The position numbers were made by a program, and so were the translations under genes. From NCBI GenBank assembly GCA_002383285.1, contig DFXU01000002.1:3-64002 (forward strand): DNA of 64,000 nucleotides, given 5' to 3'. The notes under the pieces are model-generated. The model ran no database searches and was not told the origin of the DNA. It worked only from the letters and a program-made list of their open reading frames with translations. Positions 1 through 9,411 of the stretch are shown in pieces. Numbering within the stretch: position 1 is the stretch's first letter; every line of letters starts with the position of its first letter. This DNA is from Bacillales bacterium UBA4100 (lineage in GTDB: Bacteria; Bacillota; Bacilli; Paenibacillales; UBA4045).

Positions 1-1
1 T

Positions 2-676
2 ACACCCTTTGAATATGAAGGTCAGAAGTATGTGCTTATTGATACAGCTGGTATGCGTAAACGAGGTAAGGTGTATGAGAATACGGAAAAGTATAGTGTA
101 ATGCGAGCACTCAAAGCGATTGAGCGTGCAGACGTTGTTCTTGTGGTCATCAATGGTGAAGAAGGTATAATTGAGCAGGATAAGCATATTGCAGGATATT
201 CACATGAAGCGGGTAAAGCTGCGATTTTCGTCGTGAACAAATGGGACATTGTAGAGAAGGATGAGAAGACGCTGCAGAAGTTTACGCAGACAATTAAAGA
301 TCACTTCTTATTCATGACCTATGCGCCGCATGTATTCGTCTCTGCTCTAACTAAACAAAGAATTCACAAAATCCTTCCGGTGGTGAACCAAGTTTCCGAG
401 CAGCATAACATGAGGATCGCTACACATATTCTTAATGATGTATTGATGGATGCAGTTGCCATAAACCCACCTCCAACCGATAAAGGTAAACGTATGAAGC
501 TTAATTACGGTACTCAGGTTGCAGTTAAGCCACCTACCTTTGTCCTATTCGTGAACGATCCCGAGCTGATGCATTTCTCCTACGAACGTTATTTGGAGAA
601 TAAGATACGCGCTGCGTTTACCTTTGAAGGTACACCTGTTCGATTCGTTGTTAGGAAGAAATCTTCAGAGGAGTAG
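2..676 (+). CDS. der: GTPase Der/EngA, C-terminal portion (5' end outside window)
   Basis: Frame is open to the window edge. DTAG (G3) and NKWD (G4) motifs of the second GTPase domain plus a KH-like tail. Followed by plsY-gpsA as in Bacillus. Confidence 0.9.
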   Translation, partial: TPFEYEGQKYVLIDTAGMRKRGKVYENTEKYSVMRALKAIERADVVLVVINGEEGIIEQDKHIAGYSHEAGKAAIFVVNKWDIVEKDEKTLQKFTQTIKDHFLFMTYAPHVFVSALTKQRIHKILPVVNQVSEQHNMRIATHILNDVLMDAVAINPPPTDKGKRMKLNYGTQVAVKPPTFVLFVNDPELMHFSYERYLENKIRAAFTFEGTPVRFVVRKKSSEE

Positions 677-681
677 ATTCA

Positions 682-1290
682 ATGATATCAACCTTACTAA
701 TTATCACAAGCTACTTGTTGGGTTCAATAATGTTTAGTGTCATAATGGGAAAGCTAATAGCAGGAATTGATATACGTAATCATGGAAGCGGCAATGCAGG
801 AGCTACGAATACCCTTCGAATTATCGGTAAGGGGCCAGCAATTGCCGTCTTCCTGCTTGATCTTGGCAAGGGTGTTCTAGCTGTATGGTTAGCCAAGTGG
901 TTTGTACCTGAACAGGATGCTATTGCTATTCTATGTGGAGTTGCTGTTATCTTGGGCCATAATTGGCCGATCTGGTTTAATTTCCGCGGGGGCAAAGGCA
1001 TTGCTACAACTATTGGTATGATCGTAACTCTAGCATTCCTTCCTACATTATTCGCAGGATTAATAGCGATTCTCACTATTGCTATTACTAGATATGTGTC
1101 ACTTGGATCACTCTTGTTGACTGCATTCCTGCCAATATTCATCTACATAATGGATTATCCAACTGAATTACTCTGGGGCAGTTTAGCTATCCTTGTATTC
1201 GCATGGGTCAAGCATCGCAAGAATATTGTAAAGCTTGTTAAGGGAACAGAGAATAAGCTGGGTTCACGAAGCAGAACAACAGAACTTTAA
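682..1290 (+). CDS. plsY: Glycerol-3-phosphate acyltransferase PlsY
   Basis: 202-aa polytopic membrane protein with the GSGNAGATN motif. Conserved position between der and gpsA. Confidence 0.9.
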   Translation: MISTLLIITSYLLGSIMFSVIMGKLIAGIDIRNHGSGNAGATNTLRIIGKGPAIAVFLLDLGKGVLAVWLAKWFVPEQDAIAILCGVAVILGHNWPIWFNFRGGKGIATTIGMIVTLAFLPTLFAGLIAILTIAITRYVSLGSLLLTAFLPIFIYIMDYPTELLWGSLAILVFAWVKHRKNIVKLVKGTENKLGSRSRTTEL

Positions 1291-1303
1291 GGAGGTTTCC
1301 CCT

Positions 1304-2323
1304 TTGATTTCAAAGAAGGTTTCTGTTTTTGTCGCTGGAAGCTGGGGAACAGCACTTGCTTGTGTATTAGCTGCTAATGGGCATGAGGTAATGATATGGT
1401 CACGGAACGCAGAACAAGTTAAAGAGATTAATGAACGGCATAGAAATCATAAATTTCTAGGTGAGCATAAGCTGGATACTCATATAAAGGCCACGCTATC
1501 TATTGAGGAAGCGGCATTTCAAGCTGATGCTATTCTCTTAGCTGCACCCAGCTCAGCGATGAGGCAGGTTGCACGTCAACTGCAGCCTTATCTAATCTCC
1601 GATATCTTAATCATTCATGCAGCCAAGGGATTTGAGACAGGCTCATTATTACCGATGTCGAAGGTGATTGCCGAGGAGCTAACTCAGATAAACGCTAATC
1701 GAATTGTAGTGCTCTCAGGACCATCACATGCAGAAGAGGTTATACAGCAACTACCCACAACGATTGTTGTCGCTGCAGCTTCAATAGATGCAGCGCAAGC
1801 AGCGCAGGATCTGTTAATTAATAACGATTTTAGGGTATATACGAATGTGGATATCCAAGGCGTCGAGCTTGCAGGCGCTCTGAAGAACATTATTGCTATA
1901 GGTGCTGGAATGGTTGATGGTTTAAGCTTTGGTGATAATGCCAAAGCGGCATTAATAACGAGAGGATTAGCCGAAATTACCCGTCTAGGTGTAACGATGG
2001 GGGCCAATCCACTCACCTTCGCTGGTCTTGCTGGTATTGGAGATTTGATTGTTACTTGCACTAGCCGTCATAGTCGGAATTGGCGTGCTGGTTACCAAAT
2101 TGCACAAGGTAAAGCTGTCCAAGAGGTGCTTACTGAAATGGGCATGGTTGTTGAAGGTGTAAAGACTACGAAGGCTGCAATGTCACTTGCTAGACAATAT
2201 CAAGTTGATATGCCTATTACGGAGCAGCTATACCTCGTATTGTTCGAGGACAAGAATCCAACACTTGCAGTAGAGGATCTAATGGGCAGAGGTAGAACCC
2301 AGGAAGATATTATTAGACTCTAA
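1304..2323 (+). CDS. gpsA: NAD(P)H-dependent glycerol-3-phosphate dehydrogenase
   Basis: TTG start at 1304, 8 nt after AAGGAGG (1289-1295); the track start 1235 overlaps plsY and has no SD. N-terminal dinucleotide fold VAGSWGTALA. Full-length GpsA-like sequence. Confidence 0.9.
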   Translation: MISKKVSVFVAGSWGTALACVLAANGHEVMIWSRNAEQVKEINERHRNHKFLGEHKLDTHIKATLSIEEAAFQADAILLAAPSSAMRQVARQLQPYLISDILIIHAAKGFETGSLLPMSKVIAEELTQINANRIVVLSGPSHAEEVIQQLPTTIVVAAASIDAAQAAQDLLINNDFRVYTNVDIQGVELAGALKNIIAIGAGMVDGLSFGDNAKAALITRGLAEITRLGVTMGANPLTFAGLAGIGDLIVTCTSRHSRNWRAGYQIAQGKAVQEVLTEMGMVVEGVKTTKAAMSLARQYQVDMPITEQLYLVLFEDKNPTLAVEDLMGRGRTQEDIIRL

Positions 2324-2360
2324 ACTGTCCATGCTCGAAGAATTTATAAGGAAAGCCTAC

Positions 2361-2388
2361 ACCGACTTTCGATTCTCCTCATAGGATA
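2361..2388 (+). promoter_or_regulatory. Possible sigma-K-type promoter (AC-N17-CATAGGATA) upstream of the spoVIF-like gene
   Basis: AC at 2361-2362 and CATAnnnTA at 2380-2388 fit the mother-cell sigma-K pattern. Pattern match only. Confidence 0.25.
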
Positions 2389-2449
2389 CATAGGAACAAC
2401 CGTATTTCATATATCGGTCATTCCATATACGCGTATGAGGAGGTCGGCA

Positions 2450-2731
2450 ATGGGTTCCAAGGATATATCCAGAGATGTCTTAAATGCCGTCAAGAAAAAA
2501 ACGGGAAAGAAAATCACGGATAAAGATATTAAGAACGTGGCGAGCGGTGTTGGTCCATCTACGATGAAAAGTGAACAACAGCTTAGACAGCTGATCAAGC
2601 AGATTTCCAAGATGGCCAATGTGCCCGTAGCGGAGTCTACTGTACAAGAATTGGTGGGGGCCATTAAGAAAAGTGGTGTTAACCCGAATAATATGGAACA
2701 GATGATTAAAACAGTTCTAGGTAAAAAGTGA
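2450..2731 (+). CDS. Small sporulation protein, stage VI sporulation protein F-like
   Basis: ATG 2450 follows GAGGAGG (2437-2443). 93-aa Lys-rich soluble protein whose sequence resembles, from memory, proteins annotated SpoVIF in Paenibacillus. Family call unverified. Confidence 0.5.
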   Translation: MGSKDISRDVLNAVKKKTGKKITDKDIKNVASGVGPSTMKSEQQLRQLIKQISKMANVPVAESTVQELVGAIKKSGVNPNNMEQMIKTVLGKK

Positions 2732-2759
2732 AGCGCAGAAGCAGCGCTTCATTTTTTTT
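2730..2759 (+). terminator. Intrinsic terminator after the spoVIF-like gene
   Basis: GAAGCGC/GCGCTTC stem followed by T8 (2752-2759). Confidence 0.75.
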
Positions 2760-2785
2760 GTGATAAAGAGGGTATGTGGTATAAT
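2758..2785 (+). promoter_or_regulatory. Sigma-A-like promoter TTGTGA-16-TGgTATAAT
   Basis: -35 at 2758-2763 and an extended -10 at 2777-2785, directly upstream of the small membrane ORF. Confidence 0.45.
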
Positions 2786-2821
2786 GAGGGCTGAAATTGA
2801 ACGGACGGGGAGAATAAACCG

Positions 2822-3001
2822 ATGAGTAGTATGGATAAGATGTGGGCGTCATTAATTGCCATTGCTTTAATGCTGGTCGCTTCTGTATTGATTACAGTAG
2901 CTCGGTCCAGAACAACTGGATTTATACGAATTGTCTTGTCCATTATCGCTTTTTTATTATTTATACCTATTGTTGTATTAATGCTATTGTCACTATTCTA
3001 G
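2822..3001 (+). CDS. Small two-TM membrane protein (59 aa; YphE-like position)
   Basis: Absent from the ORF track because it is under 60 aa. Translation: MSSMDKMWASLIAIALMLVASVLITVARSRTTGFIRIVLSIIAFLLFIPIVVLMLLSLF. GGGGAG lies 10 nt upstream and a promoter is present. The opposite-strand track ORF 2749-2943 has no such signals. Confidence 0.5.
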   Translation: MSSMDKMWASLIAIALMLVASVLITVARSRTTGFIRIVLSIIAFLLFIPIVVLMLLSLF

Positions 3002-3055
3002 GAACAAGCGATTATTAAGTAACGTTTGTTCCTTCTGTCGGGGAGGGTCAAGGTA

Positions 3056-3349
3056 TTGTTAGATCTCAAAGGAAAAAAGATACATAAGCAGGTAGACTCT
3101 ATTATTGGTCAATCGATCTTAGATATTGCGTTGAAGAATGATATTGATTGGGGATTCTCATGTACACGTGGAACGTGTGCTCGTTGCCGTTGTATCGTCG
3201 AGCTTGGTCACGAGCATCTAGCTGAGTCGACCGATGAAGAATGGGATCGCTTAGATGATGAGGAGCTAGAGCAAGGATACCGACTTGCTTGCCAAGCCAT
3301 AGTTCGTACAGAGGGTAAGATTGTTGTTGCGAATAAACCTTATTTCTGA
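3056..3349 (+). CDS. 2Fe-2S ferredoxin-like protein
   Basis: TTG 3056 lies 7 nt after GGGGAGGG. Cys pattern CTRGTCARC...LAC (C-x4-C-x2-C...C) is plant-type 2Fe-2S. Confidence 0.75.
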   Translation: MLDLKGKKIHKQVDSIIGQSILDIALKNDIDWGFSCTRGTCARCRCIVELGHEHLAESTDEEWDRLDDEELEQGYRLACQAIVRTEGKIVVANKPYF

Positions 3350-3373
3350 TGCGCGATTGGGAGTGGATATAAG

Positions 3374-3721
3374 ATGCAACTAGAGGCAGTGTTCTTACCG
3401 GATAAGAAGCGTGTTAAAGTTAGACCAGGAACAACATTACTCGATGCTAGTAGGTCAGCTAAGGTAAACATTCGTACACGCTGTGGTGGTAAGGCTGCAT
3501 GTCTCATGTGTAAAGTGATTGTTACTGAACAAGGTGGTCTAGAACCACCTAATCAGAATGAGCGGTTGAAGCTGGGGTCACTAGTGGATGAACATTATCG
3601 ATTGTCTTGTCAGGCGAGGATTTGTGGAGATGTTACCGCAACGATACCTGAGGACCCTTTAAAAGCTGCAATCCGTAGACAGCTTGCTATACAAGCTGAA
3701 GAGGATGATGGATTAATCTAA
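3374..3721 (+). CDS. 2Fe-2S ferredoxin-like protein (second copy, divergent)
   Basis: Cys pattern CGGKAACLMC...LSCQA (C-x5-C-x2-C...C). SD GGGAGTGG upstream. Confidence 0.7.
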   Translation: MQLEAVFLPDKKRVKVRPGTTLLDASRSAKVNIRTRCGGKAACLMCKVIVTEQGGLEPPNQNERLKLGSLVDEHYRLSCQARICGDVTATIPEDPLKAAIRRQLAIQAEEDDGLI

Positions 3722-3745
3722 TATGTAAAGGTGGCAAATGTGCTA

Positions 3746-4462
3746 ATGAAGCGATGGCTTATAACAGCTCTTCTCTTCTCCATGGTGATCTTGTTAGCAG
3801 GTTGCTTGTATCCAAAGGATCGACTTCAACAAAATCAGATCTCCACTGGGGAATATATAATACTCGTTCAGAATGCTGTGGAAACATATAAGCAGCGAAC
3901 AGGTGTATTGCCGATCAAGAATAGTAAGGAAGATACACCTATATATGAGAAGTATTTGGTTGATTTCAAGAAGCTGCTTGATCGTAATGTCATAAGCAGT
4001 ATACCTGCTGATGCTTACGAGGCAGGTGGAGCGAACTATTATGTCATTATTGACCCTGAAGGCGAAATGAAGGTAAAGCTCATGGATTTGGTCACTGCTG
4101 GACAGGTTTCAGATATCCAGAGGAGAATAGATTCTTATGTGGCCGAAGGTAATGATCTGCCTCAAGGTGAACTAGTGATGCCAGGCTTTTATCGTATAGA
4201 CTTTGAACGTATTGGTATGAAGAGTGAGCAGGTAAGAAGTGTGTATACAGATATGTTCCTGTCGATTCTTATTCACAAATCCGGTCGAGTCACAGTTGAT
4301 TATGCACCAGAGGTTATGAGAGCAATCAAGTTGAAGGAAATCTCAAATCCTGATCCGAATATTGATCTGCGAATCTATTTGGTAGAGCAATCCAATTACA
4401 TTCCTGTGAATTCATATCCATATTATTGGAAGGATAATGAACCGGTTATATCAGAATTGTAA
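3746..4462 (+). CDS. Putative lipoprotein (YphF-like position upstream of spoIVA)
   Basis: Signal peptide with lipobox LLAGC. Start is ambiguous (GTG 3731/3740 or ATG 3746). Same size and position as B. subtilis yphF. Confidence 0.6.
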   Translation: MKRWLITALLFSMVILLAGCLYPKDRLQQNQISTGEYIILVQNAVETYKQRTGVLPIKNSKEDTPIYEKYLVDFKKLLDRNVISSIPADAYEAGGANYYVIIDPEGEMKVKLMDLVTAGQVSDIQRRIDSYVAEGNDLPQGELVMPGFYRIDFERIGMKSEQVRSVYTDMFLSILIHKSGRVTVDYAPEVMRAIKLKEISNPDPNIDLRIYLVEQSNYIPVNSYPYYWKDNEPVISEL

Positions 4463-4616
4463 TAAAAAAGTGAATAAACGATTTGCTGTACTTACGTTCA
4501 TGATGACCACATCATGGGCTTTTTCTTATGAGAAGAATAAGATTAAACTTCTACACATATATCTGAATAGATGACAACGTAACGGGATGGAGGGAGCACG
4601 TTGAGATAAATAGTAT

Positions 4617-4644
4617 GCATATTCGTTAATGCTGTACATATATT
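4617..4644 (+). promoter_or_regulatory. Candidate sigma-E promoter for spoIVA (GCATATT-N13-CATATATT)
   Basis: Matches the kmATATT / CATACAnT mother-cell sigma-E pattern about 60 nt upstream of spoIVA. spoIVA is sigma-E dependent in B. subtilis. Confidence 0.4.
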
Positions 4645-4702
4645 GTTACAAGTCCTTATGGTTGTACGAGTTACTTCATGATCAGGATAGGAGGCAATCT
4701 CA

Positions 4703-6181
4703 TTGGAGAAAATTGATATTTTTAGGGATATCGCAGAACGGACAGGTGGAGATATCTACCTCGGCGTAGTCGGTGCGGTACGAACGGGTAAGTCGACATT
4801 CATCAAAAGGTTTATGGAATCGGTAGTACTGCCGAATATCCATAACGAGGCAGATCGTATGAGGGCTGTAGACGAATTACCGCAGAGTGCTGCGGGCAGA
4901 ACTATCATGACCACAGAACCTAAATTTGTACCCAATCAAGCCGTGCAAATTCATGTTGCAGAAGGCTTGGATGTAAATGTACGACTCGTAGATTGTGTGG
5001 GATACGCTGTAGAAGGCGCCAAGGGCTATGAAGATGAGAATGGACCAAGAATGGTATCAACTCCATGGTTCGAGGAACCAATTCCATTCCAAGAAGCAGC
5101 TGAGATTGGTACACGTAAAGTAATCCAAGAGCATTCTACACTTGGAGTAGTTGTGACTACTGATGGGAGCATTGCCGAAATTCCGAGATCTTCTTATATT
5201 CAGGCAGAAGAGCGAGTTATTGAAGAGCTGAGAGAAGTAGGTAAGCCTTTCATTATGATCCTTAATTCAACAACTCCGAATAGTGAAGCAACGCTTCAGC
5301 TTCGTACTGAATTAGCTGAGAAGTATGATATCCCTGTTATTCCGCTTAGTGTGGCGAATATGGGTGAGCCGGAAGTGATGTCGGTATTAAGAGAAGTGCT
5401 ATATGAGTTCCCGGTTCATGAGGTTAATGTGAATCTTCCAAGCTGGGTTATGGTATTGAACGACCGACATTGGTTAAGAAGTCATTATGAGGATTCTGTT
5501 CGGGATACAGTCAAGGATATTCGCAGATTAAGGGATGTTGATCGGGTTGTTGAACAATTCACCGAATACGATTTCATCGAGCGAGCAGGCTTATCCGACA
5601 TGAGCATGGGGCAGGGTATAGCGGAAATCGATTTATACGCTCCAGATGAGCTGTACGACAAAATATTAATGGAAGTCGTTGGTGTGGAAATACGGGGCAA
5701 GGATCACCTTCTACAGCTTATGCAGGATTTCTCGTATGCGAAGAGAGAATATGATCGATTCTCTAGTGCACTGGAGATGGTGAAGTCGACTGGTTATGGG
5801 ATTGCCTCACCTTCACTTGAGGAAATGTCATTAGAAGAGCCAGAATTAATCCGTCATGGATCACGCTTTGGAGTGAGATTAAAAGCTACAGCGCCATCCA
5901 TCCATATGATTCGTGTCGATGTAGAGTCAGAGTTTGCTCCAATCATAGGCACAGAGAAGCAGAGCGAAGAGCTTGTACGCTACCTGATTCAGGACTTCGA
6001 GGATAATCCGAAGAAAATATGGGAATCTGATATCTTTGGCCGCTCACTTCATAGCATTGTACGTGAGGGCATACAAGGGAAAATTTCGATGATGCCAGAC
6101 AATGCTAGATACAAGCTGCAGGAGACGCTTGGTCGAATCATTAATGAGGGGTCTGGCGGACTTATAGCAATCATACTTTAA
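4703..6181 (+). CDS. spoIVA: Stage IV sporulation protein A (spore coat basement-layer ATPase)
   Basis: 492 aa. N-terminus MEKIDIFRDIAERTGGDIYLGVVGAVRTGKSTFIKRFME with Walker A. TTG start after AGGAGG. Confidence 0.97.
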   Translation: MEKIDIFRDIAERTGGDIYLGVVGAVRTGKSTFIKRFMESVVLPNIHNEADRMRAVDELPQSAAGRTIMTTEPKFVPNQAVQIHVAEGLDVNVRLVDCVGYAVEGAKGYEDENGPRMVSTPWFEEPIPFQEAAEIGTRKVIQEHSTLGVVVTTDGSIAEIPRSSYIQAEERVIEELREVGKPFIMILNSTTPNSEATLQLRTELAEKYDIPVIPLSVANMGEPEVMSVLREVLYEFPVHEVNVNLPSWVMVLNDRHWLRSHYEDSVRDTVKDIRRLRDVDRVVEQFTEYDFIERAGLSDMSMGQGIAEIDLYAPDELYDKILMEVVGVEIRGKDHLLQLMQDFSYAKREYDRFSSALEMVKSTGYGIASPSLEEMSLEEPELIRHGSRFGVRLKATAPSIHMIRVDVESEFAPIIGTEKQSEELVRYLIQDFEDNPKKIWESDIFGRSLHSIVREGIQGKISMMPDNARYKLQETLGRIINEGSGGLIAIIL

Positions 6182-6195
6182 CCGATCTAATAATC

Positions 6196-6226
6196 GAGCA
6201 CTCTATTTAAGGGGTGCTCTTGTTTT
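6196..6226 (+). terminator. Probable intrinsic terminator after spoIVA
   Basis: GAGCAC/GTGCTC stem followed by TTGTTTT. Confidence 0.5.
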
Positions 6227-6348
6227 ATGTTGAATATGAATGAAATGCATACCTATTATCTATGATTTTGATTTGTATGTATATTTTGACGTAAAAGAGT
6301 GAACAAAGAATGATAAGTACCCATAGCTATGGGGGGAGGTGAATTGTC

Positions 6349-6621
6349 ATGAATAAAGCAGATTTAGTAACCAAAGTAGCAGAATCTACTGAATTATCAA
6401 AGAAGGATGTTACTAAGGCGGTTGAAGCCGTATTCGAGTCAATATCTGAAGCTCTTCAATCAGGAGAGAAGGTACAACTTGTAGGCTTCGGCAATTTCGA
6501 AGTGAGGGAGCGCTCTGCGCGTAAAGGCAGAAATCCGCAAACTGGCGAGGAAATTGAAATTCCGGCGAGTAAGGTTCCGGCCTTCAAGCCTGGAAAGGCA
6601 CTAAAGGAAGTAATCCAATAG
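6349..6621 (+). CDS. hbs: DNA-binding protein HU
   Basis: 90 aa with [28 protein letters not shown], the signature arm of HU/IHF. Confidence 0.97.
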   Translation: MNKADLVTKVAESTELSKKDVTKAVEAVFESISEALQSGEKVQLVGFGNFEVRERSARKGRNPQTGEEIEIPASKVPAFKPGKALKEVIQ

Positions 6622-6652
6622 AGTAGTCCATTTCATAATATTAATTTGCTAT

Positions 6653-6700
6653 AAAACCACTTTCTGAAGTTGTGCATTTACAGCTTTGAAAGTGGTTTTT
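6653..6700 (+). terminator. Intrinsic terminator after hbs
   Basis: 12-bp stem AAAACCACTTTC/GAAAGTGGTTTT with a T-run. Confidence 0.8.
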
Positions 6701-6728
6701 GATGATGAGTATAAATTCGTGCTATAAT
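6699..6728 (+). promoter_or_regulatory. Sigma-A-like promoter TTGATG-18-(TGc)TATAAT for mtrB
   Basis: -35 at 6699-6704 and an extended -10 TGCTATAAT at 6720-6728. Confidence 0.5.
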
Positions 6729-6782
6729 ATCAGGAAAAACTTTTAGTTTGTCACAATTATCTGATTTATGAGGAGGGTTAAT

Positions 6783-7007
6783 ATGTCAGAGCTTACACAG
6801 GGTGAGTATGTGGTTATTAAAGCCAAAGAAAATGGTGCACATGTTATCGGTTTGACAAGAGGTCAGGACACCAAGTTTCATCATACAGAGAAGCTCGATA
6901 AAGGTGAAGTGATGATTTTTCAGTTCACAGATCATACCTCAGCTGTAAAAATTCGTGGAAAAGCCGTTATATACACGAAGCATGGTGTCGTAGACACTGA
7001 AGAATAA
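6783..7007 (+). CDS. mtrB: trp RNA-binding attenuation protein TRAP
   Basis: 74 aa. Near-identical blocks to B. subtilis TRAP ([40 protein letters not shown]). ATG 6783 follows GAGGAGGG. Confidence 0.95.
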   Translation: MSELTQGEYVVIKAKENGAHVIGLTRGQDTKFHHTEKLDKGEVMIFQFTDHTSAVKIRGKAVIYTKHGVVDTEE

Positions 7008-7018
7008 TGGATGGTTGA

Positions 7019-7068
7019 GAGGCAGACTTTAAAAGTAGAGATTACTTAAAAAGTCGAGCCTCCTTTTT
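7019..7068 (+). terminator. Intrinsic terminator after mtrB
   Basis: GAGGC-a-GACTTT / AAAGTC-ga-GCCTC stem followed by T5. Confidence 0.6.
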
Positions 7069-7136
7069 AATGCTTGGACTTCCCAAGGGATTGTTCTCAT
7101 ACAATGGAGTAATGAGTCAATACAATGGGGAGTTGA

Positions 7137-7685
7137 ATGATTATGAAGCTGTGGATTCATTTGTTTGTTGTAGCATTATTATCAATTTGTATTGCTTGGA
7201 TGCTCTCTTTCCTGCCTGAGCTTAAACCTCATCTACCTAACGGTCAGAGAGAGCTGCAAGTATTTAACAACGATAAACCCATTACACTAACAGACAATAA
7301 CCTTGTGGATTGGGTTGTATCTGTCCCTATGCAATTAGAATTAATAAGAGTTGATTGGAGTGACCGAATTCTATCCGTAGATTTCGAAGTAGGGAAACCC
7401 ATGGAGTCATCGGACATAGTTTATAATCAACTATTGGAATTCGTTTACTACGGACTAGGTGGGACAACGAATGTAAATCGAGTTTGGGTCCGATTAGTCC
7501 AGTCCTCGGAGGAGGAGGACAGACATTCTAAACGGTTATTACTTGCGCTTGACGCTCATCGATCCCAAATCTCCGAAAGTGATTACAATAGCTGGAGGAA
7601 TGGCCAAATTACTGCTGAATGGTTGATTGATAGGCGATTTCAGCTAACGGTAACACCACAATGGACGAGACTTCAGCTTGAATAG
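7137..7685 (+). CDS. Hypothetical membrane-anchored protein
   Basis: 182 aa with one N-terminal TM. GGGGAG SD. No recognisable motif. Confidence 0.55.
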   Translation: MIMKLWIHLFVVALLSICIAWMLSFLPELKPHLPNGQRELQVFNNDKPITLTDNNLVDWVVSVPMQLELIRVDWSDRILSVDFEVGKPMESSDIVYNQLLEFVYYGLGGTTNVNRVWVRLVQSSEEEDRHSKRLLLALDAHRSQISESDYNSWRNGQITAEWLIDRRFQLTVTPQWTRLQLE

Positions 7686-7745
7686 ACGCTTTATTATGAT
7701 GTAGCATCGTCATTTTGATTGAGCATGCGTAAACCATTAGGTTTG

Positions 7746-7754
7746 TGTTATAAT
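7746..7754 (+). promoter_or_regulatory. Extended -10 element TGTTATAAT upstream of hepS
   Basis: Read directly from the sequence; the -35 is weak. Confidence 0.35.
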
Positions 7755-7813
7755 AGTCAAGATTATTAAGCAGATAGGATTTACTAGCATTCATAATGCT
7801 CGGAGGCTTATTG

Positions 7814-8671
7814 ATGAGAACGGACCATATCGCTAAACTTGCATTAAAATATACAGAGTATGAAATGATTAAAGAACATACCCCTCTACCTGCCTTTCCC
7901 GAAATTCGGGCAAGATTACTTTTTGTGTTCCTGCAACGGAACCCGAAGCAGGCTGAGCATAGTGAAATTTGTACGCTTGCCACGTCATTAGCACAATTAG
8001 GGTTAGATACACATGATTTGGTGAATTCAACACCCGCTGATGAATTAATCGGACAGGCTCGCTCTCGTCAGCTTAAGGTATTGGCTGGTGATTATTTTAA
8101 TAGCCGATTTTACCAGCTATTATCTCATATTGGTCGTATTGATATCATCCGATTAATATCTGTTGCAATTAGTGAAGTGAATCGAATGAAGATGACTTTC
8201 TATGAACGATTCAGAGCAAAGAAGCTGACTTCAGTAGAATATTTGGAGCAGTCCGTATCGATGAGAACGCAGCTTTTTAGCGCATTGTCCAAATTTATTC
8301 CAGAGCAATATCATACGAAGTGGTCTGAGCTTCTTGGTTTATTAACTAGATGTGAGGTTATTCAGAATGAGCTTGATCGTAGTGATTGTTATGATACATT
8401 CAGAAGCAGCTGGGCATTCTGCTACATACTGGAATCAATATCGCCTGTGGAGCAGGAGCGCTTGATTCACGTAGATAAATCTGGCGTCATCGCTTTACTG
8501 ACAAAGTATAATATCCATGGGACGCTTATGGATATGCTTCAGACACACATTCAACAAGTAATGAGTATTCTGGAGCAGCTTGATTCAGAAGTTCTCAGAA
8601 CTGAGGTTTTAGCGTTGCTTCAATTGTTTAGTTCAAGTAACAGGGTGCCACAAACAGCCAAAGAAATTTGA
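7814..8671 (+). CDS. hepS: Heptaprenyl diphosphate synthase component I
   Basis: ATG 7814 lies 8 nt after GGAGG. The QLKVLAGDYFNSRFYQLLS block matches B. subtilis HepS (QLTVLAGDYFSGLYYSLLS). Position is upstream of menG. Confidence 0.85.
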   Translation: MRTDHIAKLALKYTEYEMIKEHTPLPAFPEIRARLLFVFLQRNPKQAEHSEICTLATSLAQLGLDTHDLVNSTPADELIGQARSRQLKVLAGDYFNSRFYQLLSHIGRIDIIRLISVAISEVNRMKMTFYERFRAKKLTSVEYLEQSVSMRTQLFSALSKFIPEQYHTKWSELLGLLTRCEVIQNELDRSDCYDTFRSSWAFCYILESISPVEQERLIHVDKSGVIALLTKYNIHGTLMDMLQTHIQQVMSILEQLDSEVLRTEVLALLQLFSSSNRVPQTAKEI

Positions 8672-8679
8672 GGTGAAAT

Positions 8680-9411
8680 ATGGAACAGCAATCCAAAGAG
8701 AAATTCGTACATTCTGTATTTCAGAGTGTTGCCCCTAAGTATGATTTCATGAATGATGTCCTCAGCTTTCGTCGACATAAATCATGGCGAAAGTTCACTA
8801 TGAAGAAGATGGCTGTAAAACCAGGACAATCTGCTCTTGATATTTGTTGTGGGACTTGTGATTGGACAATTAGTCTTGCCGAAGCCAGCTCTACAGGTAC
8901 AATTAAGGGGCTTGACTTCAGTCGCAACATGCTCGATGTTGGTCAGAGCAAGATTAATCGGCTTGGCTTGTCAAAGCACATTGAGCTTATTCATGGCAAT
9001 GCCATGGAGTTACCATTCGAAGATAATTCATTCGATTATGTAACGATTGGCTTCGGATTGCGTAATGTGCCCGATATTGAGCAGGTATTGAGTGAAATGA
9101 AGAGAGTTGTTAAGCCAGGGGGGCTTGTTGTCTGTCTGGAGCTATCGAAACCAACATGGCAGCCCTTCAAGGGACTGTATTATACCTATTTCCGTTACGT
9201 TCTACCATTCATAGGAAAGCTGCTTGCCGAACGATATGAGCAATACAAGTGGTTGCCGATATCCCTCGCTGCGTTTCCAGATCATAAACAGCTACTAACT
9301 TTATTCAATCAAATCGGATTGCATAACACGAAGGCTTACCCACTAACTGGTGGTATTGCTGCATTGCATATTGGCGTGAAGGGAAACGACGACAAACATG
9401 AGAAAGCTTAA
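8680..9411 (+). CDS. menG: Demethylmenaquinone methyltransferase
   Basis: UbiE/MenG family. N-terminal VFQSVAPKYDFMNDVLSF and SAM motif LDICCGT. Confidence 0.93.
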   Translation: MEQQSKEKFVHSVFQSVAPKYDFMNDVLSFRRHKSWRKFTMKKMAVKPGQSALDICCGTCDWTISLAEASSTGTIKGLDFSRNMLDVGQSKINRLGLSKHIELIHGNAMELPFEDNSFDYVTIGFGLRNVPDIEQVLSEMKRVVKPGGLVVCLELSKPTWQPFKGLYYTYFRYVLPFIGKLLAERYEQYKWLPISLAAFPDHKQLLTLFNQIGLHNTKAYPLTGGIAALHIGVKGNDDKHEKA

